A stretch of 62,892 nt of DNA, the filler included, from Nemertoderma westbladi (lineage: Eukaryota; Animalia; Xenacoelomorpha), in the NCBI GenBank assembly GCA_032718475.1. It is 3 parts of 3 records of this genome, joined end to end, with 100 filler letters (N's around TTAATTAATTAA, not from the genome) between each part and the next. Parts side by side here need not be neighbours in the genome. Positions count along the whole stretch, not along the records: positions 15,209 to 47,016 come from JAUCBJ010002131.1; 2 more parts are not named here. One strand, written 5' to 3'. This document shows, one piece after another, positions 23,666 through 37,010 of this stretch (position 1 is the stretch's first letter; each line of letters starts with the position of its first letter). A program made the position numbers and the translations under genes. The notes under the pieces were generated by a model that ran no database searches, had not been told where the DNA came from, and saw only the letters and a list, made by a program, of their open reading frames with translations.

Positions 23666-26600
23666 ATGAGTCGAGAAGGAGAAGCGACACCGCCGCGGAC
23701 CCCGGACGACGATCTAACGATCCGCGAGGCCACGGCGAGACGGTATCAACCCACGACGCCGGATCCGTCGACGAACGATCCAGCGATCCAAGATGAGGGG
23801 GGCCGTCTACAAGGAGAGGACGAGTCGGGAGTCGAAAGGGAGAAAGACAAGTCGACGCGGAGCGAGGGTCGACGTACCGATATCGCCGACCAGCCACAGG
23901 CCGAGGGCGATGGACGGCCCACCGGAACGGCGACGGTGGGGCCGCCGGTACAACGTCGGACCCGGAGAGATGGAGGAGAGGTCGGCGACGAGGACGTCGG
24001 GGTTTCTGATCGACTTCGACGGGCCTACAACGCGACCCGGAAACTACTTAAGGAGGCCATAGAGGGGGCGAGGATAGACGAGGTAAAGTTGACAAAGGGA
24101 CTAGGTGAGTCGGATAAACATTTTGGTTATCTAAAGCGTTTTGGGCAGGAAGAACTAGCCAGCGAGAGAGCGAGAGGGGTTGCCAGCGAACTGTTTGAAC
24201 TATGGGAATGTGGGGGTATGGAACCTAGCGTAGTGTACGTAGGTCCATACTTAGTCGGTGCCCGGGGAGTAAAATTAGTGGGTTGGAAGAGACCTGAGGA
24301 GGGCGAATCCGAGGTTAAACCCGAGGATGCGGTCTCGTCGGTCGGAGGAAGTTCCGGGAGGCGGGGGAAAGTTGGTGGGACGGGGGGCGACGGGAGTCCG
24401 TCGCAACCGATAAGTCTGCTACATCCTCCGAAAAAGAAAGAAGGGTGCGGGAGATAAATCTGGCGTATGATTTAGAAATTGCGGAGCTAGCCCAGAGTGT
24501 TAGAGAGTGGGAAAGGGAGGATAGAGAGAGAGCCGAGAAGTGTAGAGATCAGGAGAGAGAGATAGAGAGTAAGCGCGTGCGGGATGATTTGCGTGCCCGA
24601 CTAGAGTGGCTTACGCAATATCAAGCCAAACTGAATCAGCGCCGACTAGAACTGGCGCGGTTGGAACTATCAGAGAGTGAGACCCCACTTACATACACCG
24701 GGCGAGAGAACCAGAACTGGTGTAGCCGTACGGGCGGGGGGGGGGGGGGGTAGTAGTAGTACGTTAGAAATAGTTGATATTAATAGTACCATAGTAGATA
24801 ACCCTAATCCCTTTATTACAGGAAATATTTTACCCAGTAGGCCTAATTTAAATTTAAATTCAAATAATATTAGTTCAAATATTCAGAATAATTCAAGTAA
24901 TTCTAATTTAAATAATTTAAATAATAATCCCGTCTCAGATCCTAATAATTTAATTGATTTAACAAATAATATTGGGAATGGTGCTATTAATATGAGCGTG
25001 TCGGACGTACATAACCCGGCAGACGGGGGCCTGGTAGGCCACGCAGTTAATAGGCAGGAGGTGGCGGGGTTGAGCCAACCCGACGGCGGCCTGGTAGGCC
25101 ACGTAGTTGGTAGGCAGGAGGTAGTGGGGTTGAGCCAACCCGAGGTGGGCCTGGTGGGCCACGCAGTAGTAGAGAGAGAGGCGGGGGTGAATAGACCCAG
25201 CCATAGTAAAGACAGTGCGTCGACTAGAGAGGGGTGTAGAGACGAAGTAAGAGATAGTGAAGTTAGATGTGGCGAGTGGGGGGGGGGGGCTACCGGCGCC
25301 CCAACACATAAGGTTAGTGGCGAGAGAGGGGGGGCAGAGAATGCCCCACAAGAGGGGTGTAGAGGTGTAGTAAGAGATAGTGAAGTTAGAAGTGGCGGGT
25401 GGGGGGGGGGGGCTACGGGCACCCCACCGCGAGAGATTAGTAGCGAGAGGGGGGGGGGGCAGAGAGTGTCCCACAGGCGTCGGCGGATAATGCGCGGGCC
25501 GAGCTAGGTAAACCGCAACACCCGGCGACGGAGAGTAATAGGGGGATTGCGAGTATCCCCAGCGGCGTGCGATTGAGCAGAGAGAGGCAGGTTGACGTCG
25601 CGAGAGGGCAGACGAAGCGTCGAGCCCGATTAGAAGAGGGAAGAAGAACAATGGAGTTTAACCGGGAGGTCGACGAGAGATCTCACGAGCCGGAATACTG
25701 CACTGAAAAGAGAAGAAGAGGAGATAGTAGAAAAAGCGTCGCCACGAACGATAGGAGTGCGAGGACGGATAACGGACCGTCGATAGTAGAGATGGACTTA
25801 GGGAGTCAGTGGGGTCGAACTTCGGGAGATTGCCGTCGCCCCGGAGAAACGCACCGCACACCAAGAGAGGGGTACAGGACGTCCCAATATAAAGTCGAGA
25901 ACAGGAGAGGGGATTGAAGAGAAGCTTCCCGACGGGATATAGCTGCCGATCGAGAGTGCGGTAGTCGTGGGGAGATTCGAGATTCAAGAAGATTAAACTT
26001 CGGTTCGAAAGGGCACATGCAGACTGCAGGACATACTGTAGGCCTTACTGCACATACTATTATAGGCCATGCTGGGAGAGTTATAATAGGCGATAGGGTA
26101 GCGCGAACGACGGGATTAAACCCGGAAGCCGCGGAGTACATACCGGTAGGTAGGCAAGAAGTGGGTAGGCCTATATCGGTACAGCAGCATGACTATAATA
26201 CACAGGGACATAACATATATCCAGGGAAGGGGAGAGTTATTTGAGATAGATGTATGGGCCCCAATATATTAACATCAACCCCAGTACCAAACATACCGGC
26301 CGGGGGGGGGGGACAGGGTGACATTCCCCCATCACAATATCGACAATATACCCCAATAGGAGCAAGAACATCGAATTCCCTGGACGAGAACAGGTCGTGC
26401 GGACAGTCGCTACCACACGCGGCCATACAGGGGACTGCTAGTCCACAGCTAGCTGGTAGGGCCACACCGTGGCAGGGACAGAAAGAAAATAACACCAAAA
26501 ATAAACACAATCCCAATATACCCAGTAGGCCGAGTCTAGGCAATCGAAACACTAAATCGGTACATATAAACCTACGCGCGATACGTGAAGGACTATACAG

Positions 26601-26820
26601 GAAACGCTATAATCCAGGATTCGAATGTCAATTACATCGGGACGGAACCCATAAGACCAGGAATTGTAAGCACTGGCAAGCGTTGCCCAAACGAGATCGT
26701 GTAGCCTACACAGACGCAAACGGACTATGTCATCGATGTGTGGTAAAAGGACACAGATCTGGAGAGTGTTGGAAAGGGAGAGGATGTGAAAGGGGCAGAG
26801 AAGCCCATGAGCAAACATAA
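23666..26820 (+). pseudogene. B1 Gag remnant (frameshifted)
   Basis: Successive ORFs include VKPEDAVSSVG (Bel/Pao gag P.DS.S motif), a coiled-coil, internal 60-bp and ~123-bp repeats, and terminal knuckles CQLH...H....C, CHRC....H....C. No pol follows. Confidence 0.75.
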
Positions 26821-27213
26821 AGGAGCCGGGAAAGTAGAAGGAGGCGTGTTGCATACGCACGCGGGGCTGGCACGGTGCGAGGGGGCATTGCATGGACGGG
26901 CGTCGTGTATACCGAGGTACGAGCGGGGGTCGTCGAGGCCTTTAATGCCAGCGCACATACGAAGGGGGAGGCCAGCAGAGGTAGTACCGAAGAGAGTGTG
27001 GCGAAGAGTTAGAGGGCGTATAGGAGGGCAGCGGGAGAGTGCCTACTGGAAGAAGGGGCACCTGAGAGTTTTTAGTCGTCCAAAGTTTTGGACTGAGGGG
27101 GGTGGGAATGAGGGCGAGACGCCCTTCCCACGCATAAAATATAAAATAATTATTTAATTAAAAATAATTAAATAATAAAGTAGGTAGAAGTTAGGTAGTA
27201 AGAGAGTAGTACC

Positions 27214-27618
<405 letters not shown>

Positions 27619-28094
27619 GAGGTACGTAGTACCGGTGGTTAGTAGAGTTAGAGGTTAGTAAGAGGGTATGTAGTACCGGTTAGTAAGAGTAGAGTTGGAA
27701 GTTAGTAAGAGTAGTACCGTTAAGAGAGAGTTAGCAGAGTAGAGTTAGTAGTAGAGGTTGTGGGCACCGTAAGCGCCACGTAGAAAGTAGTAGCAGTAGA
27801 GGTTGTGGGCACCGTAAGCGCCATGTAGATAGAGTTAGTAGGGGATGCGCTGAACTTAGTGGGGCACGGGCGTGATGACGTGATTGATGTAAGAGCAGGG
27901 TATGTTAATTAGGGTGGGTGCCGGGCACAAGAGGTGCCGGGCACAAAAGTTAGTAGAGAGTTAGTAGAGTTAGTTGAGTTAGTAGAGAGTTAGTAGAGTT
28001 AGTAAGAGTTAGTAGTAGTTCACATAATTAACGTACCCACTCTGCCGGCACTCAGAGCGTCACGTGCAGTCGAGTAGACGAAAGGGAGTAAGAT

Positions 28095-28480
28095 GTAGAG
28101 AGTGTTAGAAGTAGTAGAGAGGGCACATAGGGTGCCAGAGAGTAGAATAGTAGAGAGGGCACATAGGGTGCCAGGTAGTAGAGTTAGAGAGTTAGAGGTA
28201 ATAGAGTAGTTGAGACGGGCACATAGGGTGCCAGGTAGTAGAGTTAGAGAGTTAGAGGTAGTAGAGTAGTAGAGACGGGCACATAGGGTGCCAGGTAGTA
28301 GAGCTAGAGAGTTAGAGAGTAGAGTAGTAGAGACGGGCACATAGGGTGCCAGGTAGTAGAGTTAGAGAGTTAGAGGTAGTAGAGTAGTAGAGAGGGCACA
28401 TAGGGTGCCAGGTAGTAGAGTAGTAGAGAGGGCACATAGGGTGCCAGACAGTAGAGTGGTCGTGGGCACCGTGAGCGCCA
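28095..28480. repeat. Purine-rich ~36-60-bp tandem repeats with GGGCACATAGGGTGCC cores in the B1 3' region
   Basis: Seven copies of GGGCACATAGGGTGCCAG separated by AGTAG/AGTTAG-rich spacers. Confidence 0.85.
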
Positions 28481-29582
28481 CGTAGTTAGAAGAGTCGGTA
28501 AGAGTTAGAGAGAGTTAGTAGAAGTAGAGAGTTAGTAGGAGTTAGTTAGACTTAGTAGAGTTAAAGTTAGTAGGCTTAGAGAGATAGTTAGAGTTAGTAA
28601 GAGAGTCAGATAGTTAGCAAGTAAGTAGTAGGTAGATAGTATGATAGCACAGGGGTAGCTTTAGAAATTAGGGCCTTAGGGGGTGACAGAGAGTAGAGAG
28701 GTGATAGTGCGGAGTGCGAAGAGAGCGTGGGCGCAATTCAAGTGTGGGGGAGGAGAAGTGAGAGGAAGAGTGTGGGACGAGGAGGTCCGGGAGTATGCGA
28801 GAGTTAGGGTGAGAGTGGTGAAAGTGTTGGGGAAACAAAAATCGTGTGAGAGGAGCGCACGATCGGCCCGACACGAGTCGCCAGAGTGACATCATACCCA
28901 TAGGGAGCGGCCTGGAAAGCCGACTCCAAGAAAATAATACCACCCCACGCCCGATACTAGATCGGGATCCAGCGGAATTGTAGCGCACTTGAGTTGGATG
29001 CTATCTTCTTACCGGGAAGATAGCATGGGGGGGAGTGTTAGCGTATTCAATTCCGCTAACACAAACCCATAAAGTAAGCCGTTAAGCAATATTGGGGGCC
29101 ACGAGGTTGATTACCCAATCTCGTGTCACCCCAACAAAGTGGGAAGGAGAAACACACAATAGGGGTCAGGGGCCATACCCCTGACAGAGAGAGAATAGCA
29201 AGGGCGAAGGGAAGCACTTCAGAGGGGGGCAAAGGGTGCCAACAAGGATATTAGCCAATCAGGGGGGAAGAATCGACTAGGTACTGTAACAAGGCCAAAC
29301 CGTGCAATATATATTACCGGTTGATGCAATACCCATTCAGTCATCTCAGTACAGTCAGGCAGATCGGTGACAGTTAAGACCATCACCGCCGTCACCAATA
29401 TATACTACCATATCATTACCGGTATACTGTGCTATCATTACTGCATTACTCCGTCTATCTCATATACATATTATCAACAATACTGGAAGAACGACAAACT
29501 CTTTTCTTTCATTCACACGGTGGGGACGCGTACGAAACAACACCGGATAAACCGGGATCCTCTCGGATCCCGTCACAAGTAG

Positions 29583-31763
29583 AAAGACTCCCTACTATAG
29601 TAGATGAGCCTGAAATAATTAGGCCTGTTCTCGAAGCCACCCCTTCTGTGATAGAGACCCCTGTACTTCCAGAACCTAACTCTAAATTCCCTTTGCACAG
29701 TACTAAACTACCTGTATCCAGTAGGACAGTTCCTCAGTCAACTCCGGTCCTGGACGCCGAGCGAGACATTAACAATTTGTCACCCGTCGTCCCTCGTCTA
29801 CCCGCTACTATGTTGGCGGCTCCCGCTTCGGTGGTAGAGTGGGTGGATGAGCGACGGCGGGGGATGGATATTCTCCTCGGGCAGATGGAGGAGAATCAGG
29901 CACGCTCCTCCCAGCAGGTCCGAGAGTTGGAGGGTACTGTTCAACAGTTAAAGGGAACATTAAGAGAGAGTAGGTTAGAATTGCAGGAAGTGCAGCAGAG
30001 TATCGCATTAGAACGCGATAAGTTAGTAAATCTACAAAAGGGTATACCACCACCCTCTGTAACCATGTGTCAACCTGTTAGGTCTGAAGTATTTCATGCG
30101 CAAGGTGTGGAGCCTACACACATCTATACTGCTAGTGAAGTAGAAACTGCTATAGTAAACCCTATTAAGGGTAATTATAAACCTGTTGACAATGATATTC
30201 CATATAGACCTATATAATCCAAGAAATTTATATACCGATAACTTGATATTAAATAACACGATGGCCCAAGAAAGTTTTACGCGTCAAATGGCTAGAACCG
30301 AAGCCCGTCAAGCGGTAAAGGTGGGAGAGATCGTCAAGTTCAACGGAGATGAGATGAAATGGTTACCTTTTAATGAATATTATAAAGATAACATACAGAA
30401 CTCTGTGCTATCTAACGGAGAGAAACTTAGATTCCTCATCGAGTGCTTGGAAGGATCTCCCAAGTTAATGGCGTTAAAGTTTATTGGACATCCAGATGGA
30501 TTAAGACAAGTTTGGGATACACTAAACATCAGGTATGGTAATAGGAATAACATAGCTAGGTATTTGTATGCGAAATTAGTAGCGCCACGAAAGTTTCTTA
30601 GCACCGGGATTATAGAATTTTCCGATGAGATCCAGGACATTTGTAGACAATTAGATTGGCTAGGTAAGTCTCATGAGTATCAGAGTTCTATGGTTATTGG
30701 AGCTGTAGCATCTACCTTGCCAAAGGGTGGAGTGGGTACTCGTTGGGACAAAAGAGTTCTGTATATGATGGAACAACAACGAAGAGACCCTACCATGGCT
30801 GATCTCATGTCATTCTTAGATGGAGGAGTAAAATTACAGCTCCTAAAGCAGTCCAGAGAGAAGACACTGGAAAATAAGGTAAGTGAGAAACCCGTTTCTA
30901 GGAGAAAGGTAACACCAGTGTGTTATACAGACGACGGCGAAAGCCAGGCCTCTCAAGAGGAGAACAACGGGAAAGACACCAAAAGATCTTACTATGTCAA
31001 CAAAGCGCCTAAGGGCGTAAGTAAATTTAAGTCTCGAACTAGTGATAGGAGAGAACAGGTAACAAAAACTCCTCCTACTTCTCCTAAGAGAATTCATGTA
31101 AGAAAGCCTGAGGAAAGAACGAGTGTGCACAACACTACCAAAGGTAAAGTAAGTAACATCAAACCAAAATGTGCATTGTGTGACGGGCCCCACCGTTTAA
31201 GTGTGTGTGATGAATTCTTAAAGAAATCCCTAAAAGATAGGCGTGATGTCATGTGGGATAAGCGATTGTGTTATAATTGTCTCAGACAAGGACACCAACG
31301 GCGAACCTGTTACTCCGATGCGAGGTGTGCTAAGTGCGGCGCGAAACATCATATCTTGTTGCACACCGAATTTGAAAGAAACAGCCCGAGTCAGGTAAGT
31401 GAGTCCGAACTACATGTCCAATTCAGTGATGTGAACGACACTGACCAAAGTTCTGAGATGGAAGGATTCTACACGGATGAATTCTCAGACAAAAACGAAT
31501 CCTGTTATCTAATAAACACCGCAGTGTATCGAGCACTTACGTATGAGACTGAAACCGATAGTGAGCTCCCCCTAACTATTCCTGACCGACAACCATCTTG
31601 GAAAGCGCCAACTTCCAATGTAGGAATCCGAGAATTTCCCGTAGTGCAGTCAAGAGTAGGTTGGTACTTCACTGGACCTTCCCGTAGGACACTCATGGAA
31701 AGGCTACCCAAAGATCAGGTCCATCAGGTGAGTGAATGGGAAGAAGACATTAGTGAGGGATAG
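29583..31763 (+). pseudogene. A1 Gag, C-terminal part: DUF1759-like capsid region and three zinc knuckles
   Basis: KFNGDEMKWLPF..Y..NI....LSNGEKLRFL..CL.G and L..RYGN (Pao DUF1759), then CALCDGPHRLSVC, CYNCLRQGHQRRTC and CAKCGAKHHILLH. One frameshift near 30210. Confidence 0.92.
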
Positions 31764-31819
31764 ACAACAACAACTGAGGGAACACCATACTCCTCAGATA
31801 ATGACGATATTAACTCTAA

Positions 31820-32462
31820 TGTAGATCAATGGAGACATTGCCTTGGGACGATTAATCCAGCCGACATCGCTTCCAGATGAGCAACTCCTCAAGAACTGAT
31901 AGATACTCCAGACTGGTTAGGTGGACCCGACTTCCTAAGTAAAGAAGAGGATGAATGGCCTCCTCATCTCACCACGGCTGAGAATAGACAAGCCAAGGGA
32001 GCGGAGATAGTCAAACCTAAAACCCGGACGAGTAAATCAAAGTTATTTAAACCCACGATTGATCTGTCTGTACTACACATTTCAGGGGACGACGCTGTGG
32101 GTCTAAACTCCCCCGCCACAAATAACTCTGTTGTGGAAATCAGAGAAAGAGACTGGAAATCTGGAACACCAGACGTCTCGCAGGGACTCTCACCTCTCCT
32201 GCAGGGAGCGATAAACCACTATAGCTCCTGGAATCGGCTTTGTAAGGCCGTCGTGTATTTGAAGCGATGTTTCTATCGTCACTATTCCAGAACGAAGAGG
32301 AAACCTGGAATTGTATTCGAAACACAACAACTCAATCGCCCAGTTGGTCGTTTATGTTTACTGGAAAGAGACCGAGAACTGTCCGGAAACTATGGAAGGC
32401 AAGATACTCTTCCCACGACCACCTCCCTAATCCAACAAACATCTAGGGACTCCCCAACGTAA
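31820..32462 (+). pseudogene. A1 pol remnants (end of RNase H region fused to extreme integrase C-terminus)
   Basis: QWRHCLGTINPADIASR*..W.GGPDFL....WP, YSSWNRL..AV.Y and RPVGRLCLLE remain. Protease, RT and integrase core are absent. Confidence 0.85.
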
Positions 32463-34169
32463 CAGCGTCTGGAGTGGGTGTGTGACTATATTATTTTATA
32501 TTTTGTTTTTATTATTTTATATTTATGTATGTATTATTATGTAATTTTATTATAATCGTTTTCTTTAATTTTATTTAGTAGAATGTTATTTTAGCGATTA
32601 TTTAGTAGATTAGTGCAATATATATTAGTGTTTATTACTTACTTACTTATATTATATTATATATTTAGTGCAATGGCGAGAAATAATTCTTTTTCTCTTT
32701 CCTTACTGTCCGTATCATAATATAAATACGTGACTACAGTAAGATGAAATTTCCGTACTTATTAAAGTACAATAAAGCTCCTACTATACTCAAGTATTAT
32801 TGGTAAGTAGAGTATTAGGAATGCAAAGTTCAGATCCTCGTGTCTCGGCTAAACCAAGCTCTGGGTAGACCTTGGAAACGACTTGCCTCTTCTCACTGAC
32901 ATTGCTTCTTGCAATATTGCTCTCCTACCGTATATTAAATAATACATATAGTAGCGTGATGTCCCTTTAACAGTAGCGTAAAACGCAAAATCAATCTGTT
33001 AAACCCTTTGACCATCTGTAATTCTAGTCGATTAAGATATCGCGGCACCCACCAATATACTTGAAAGACAAAATTCTAGAATCAATGGTTAACGTCCCCA
33101 GACATGTTCTGGAATAAACCAGTGCCCATCTTAAATATTAACTATTAATATTTATAAAATCTGTCAAACAAATACAATAGAGTAAATACTTAAAAGATAA
33201 CTCTAGAAAATCTATAAATTAAAATCTGTTAAATTTTAGATCCTTTAAAATTCTAGTCGATTAAGATATCGTAGCACTTACCGATACTTTTAAAAGGACA
33301 AATTTCCTAGAATTAAGGATCCTAGTCCCCAGACATGCTCTGGAATAAAATTATGTCTGTTTTAATGATAAATAATAAAATTTACGGGAATAAATTTAAA
33401 TTCATCTTTTTAATGAATTTGATAAATTGTCATTTTTATACAATTTATAACATTCCCAAAATTCCATTAATTAATAGATCATGGGAGCGGAGATTCACCC
33501 TATTATGTATATTAGTGTGCGAGAATCTCCAATATATAGTCAATAGCCGATAAAATTCATAAAATCATGTATAAAGAAGAATATTGACAATTAAAGAATT
33601 ACTATTAAATAGCATCCCAGATCTGTATGCATGAGAATTACCCTAATTCTACTGCAAGCTTTCCATAATGTCACCATGGCAACAACCACGCTAGAATTAG
33701 AAGTGAGTTAAAAGAACAATAAAGCTTACCCCATTGAATAGCATAAGGAATAAATAGCACACTGCTAGTATCCAAGGATACATAATAATAACGTGGCATT
33801 CTGAAAGGCACTTGACTAACGGACAAATGGCCCGAATGTGTGCGGTTTGTGACAGTTGTGTGGAATTTGTGCGTTTATAGGTGAATGTTACTACTAAAGT
33901 GTGTTTACAGTAGCGAGTCGCAGTTGTGAAAGTAGCTCTACCTCTGCAGTAAGAACCTGAAGTAAATCTAAGCCCTTGGGACGGACAGTGGAGTGACTCG
34001 CGCTGGTTGTTGTTGTCGTTGTGCAGCTACTATGTTGGCGATAGGCACATCGGCGACAGTACATCAGCGCTGAGGATCTTGCGCTGTCCGGGGGCCATGA
34101 GGGGTAGGCAGCGACGCCCGCTAGCCTAATTATAACTAATTATATTATTTATAAACTCATATAGCAGCT

Positions 34170-35720
34170 ATGACTGAGTTGATATAAGATGATCTTGGTA
34201 TCAGGGAGCGATATACTCTACCGTTGCAAGCGTTTGTTGATAGCTTAATACGCGGCGACGCTAGTCCAACTACTACGGAGGACGATGGTCGTTATATCGA
34301 ACCGCCAATGTCCCAGGAGCAACTCACTCGTGAATTGGACTATCGAAAATTCACTGCTCACTATACGCATCGTAATGGTACGCATATGGACTTCTTAACT
34401 ACTGTTCATCCTATCGATTTACACAATACGGACGATGTCGACACCGAAAGGGAAATAGTCCTATTTAAATATCATACCCAGCGGAGTAGGAACGATAAAC
34501 TGAGAATCGAATGCGAAAATTCGATTCGAAATCGACTTGAAAGAGAAGATGTTAAAGAACCGGATAAACGCAGTGACTCCAACGTATATTTGGAATGCTT
34601 GAGAGAAACATTGTAAAACTAAAGAAAGATCACCCGCGTTTCCCCTAGAAGACGTGCGTCTTTGGTATTATTGCGATGAATGCCCAAGACCCAACCAACA
34701 AACGGAAGGACATAAACATCCGCGGAGACGTTGTTCTAAACACAGTTTTACTCGCTATATTTACGGGAGTTTCGAGCGAAACTTGTTTGATGTATCACCT
34801 ACGCTCGCTTGACTCAAACGATCCTTAAATAAACCTATGATCAGAGTTCCGGAATACTCGGTCAGACCTCCTCACTCCCTAGTGAGACCTCAGACTCTTG
34901 ATCCTAATAGTATCACGGATCCTCCCGAACTGTACTCACTGTTCAAAGATCTAGTGTTACCCGAACAATTAGTCGGTGGCACTCCGGTTGTGGGCTCCCT
35001 AAATATTTGCCCATCTTACCTAGCCGGATTGGGACGCGGACATCTAATATCGCCATTCAACCGTATCATCGTCCCAGTTTAACCCGATACAACCTGTCAC
35101 CGAGGTGGAGGAGAGAGTTGTACGAAACGCGTTGGACACTATTCGTCTAAAGATCGGAAAAGGAACCTACAATTGTTTAGAGAAACGTAAATTGCAGCAA
35201 CAAGTCCAAGCGGTAAACGAATTAGCTTTATCTCAGTTCGATCAGGAAATCCAGAATCTATAAGAAGATATCGAACTTGGACGACTCTACTTTCTGCAAG
35301 AGTTTGGACGAATGTTTTCAACAACAAGCGGAGGAAAATCAGCTCGAGGAGAAGCATATCGATTCCGATAGAGCCTGAGAACGCGAGTTGGAAAGAATCA
35401 TCAAACCGAGGAAATTTCTCTCTACACACGGTCCACCTACCGCTCTCGTGCAAACGACCCGTCAGGGACCAGTAAGAGCTGCTGTCTTAAAACGCGCTCT
35501 CAAGGTTGTTCGACCTCGTTCCACTGAGGTTGATACCGATCAACCGGGTACCTCGACCGGCGGATACACCGACCGTAACCCTAAACCTTCTGATGCAATT
35601 GCATTGCACCCTTCACCCAAGAGTTATAGCCCTCCTAGTAAAGTGGCTCGCCCCAAAGAGAAAGGGACTCTTGCTAGCCTCAAAAAACTGCGTAAACGCC
35701 GTTGGCGTAAGAAAGACTAA
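34170..35720 (+). pseudogene. Decayed accessory ORF (about 500 codons) between pol and 3' LTR of A1, unknown function
   Basis: ATG 34170 is in frame with the 34224 ORF (one TAA). Consecutive ORF pieces 34224-34616, 34837-35082 and 35388-35720 are bridged by open stretches. Cys/His cluster, coiled-coil and basic C-terminus. Confidence 0.65.
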
Positions 35721-35798
35721 CTGTTTAGAGTATTTTTATATTTTAGAAACTGTGATTTTTTATATTTTATAGAATTAAATCCCATTTTCTGGGAGCGG

Positions 35799-37005
35799 TG
35801 TAAAGGCTTTTGCGGATATAACTAGTCATTTTCCCCGCAAAGTACTCTGTAGGTGTTTTAGCGGACATAAAAAGCCGTTTTCTTACTGTGTAGGTGTTTT
35901 AGTGAACATAAAAAGCCATTTTTCTGTATGTGTACTTTAGCGGACATAACAAGCCATTTTATGCCGCAATACGCCAAAATACTCTTAATACAGTGTGGCT
36001 TAGATGACGAAATCTATCAGCTGATTTTGATGTCGATGTGGAGCTTTTTAACTCTCTTTGTTCAGCTCACTCGTCCAATCAGAGCGATTTTCATTTTATT
36101 TGCACAGAAGCCTACGGGAAATCGCGCAATGCATGACGGTCTTTGTTTACCTTTTTCCTGAGCCCAGAACATCGGCTTTGGAATTATTCTTAGTTTCAGA
36201 CTTTATCCAAACATTCGACGGCTTTGATTATAGGAACGTATAACTGTTATCCTGACACGGCTCAGCACAGAAAACTCATAGCAAACCAAACCAGACTCAC
36301 CTTACCTTTCACCGCATTATTTTACTGCTATTTACTGTCGGTTATTAATTGTTAGAAGTTGATGGATATGTTGTTATATTTGGAGAATATCGATAAATAA
36401 TCATAAAACCCCAATCTTCTTGATATACTGAAGGTTAGAGAGACCGGTTACCTGTAGCAATTGCGACTTACATTATAGTGGTTTTTGAGTGAATTGAATG
36501 CTATTTCATAATCCCTACATGTGTCAGTTGCTGTTCTCCTTATATATGATCAAATTTAGTGAAGGTCGGCAGATCAGTGTGCAGCAGTGTGCGGTAGTGT
36601 GCATGAGTGTGACAGATAACAAAGCATTTCCTAAAGAATGCGCTTTATACGAAAATCATTAGCCATCCCGTTGTGTTTAGTGTAAGTCATAAATCTGTTT
36701 ACATACTTAGAGCGCCACGTCCTAAAGGAACTGTTAATATTTCCCGAAAGTAAATAATATTTGTCAGAGATTATATATTAACAATCAATCGAATAGTACA
36801 GTAAGTCTACACCGCAATAAGGTCAGAGCCTCCGAATCCAGTCTCCCTTAACTGTGGGTGAATGGTGGCGCATAGGCTGGCTTCGGCTAATGTAACTTTA
36901 TATCTTATATGCAACAAATACTTGTTATAGGCTAAAGTCGATTTGTAAACTAGAAGACACCTAAAATTAGCGGGTTAAACTGCTAAAGGTCTAAAAGCGC
37001 GAACA
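35799..37005 (+). repeat. 3' LTR of A1 (1207 bp)
   Basis: Direct repeat of 18295-19473, preceded by the PPT and followed by the TSD. Confidence 0.95.
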
Positions 37006-37010
37006 GCGGC

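Noticed and set aside
34170-35720. Envelope gene
   Set aside because: No signal peptide, transmembrane segment or recognisable fusion-protein pattern in the reconstructed pieces.
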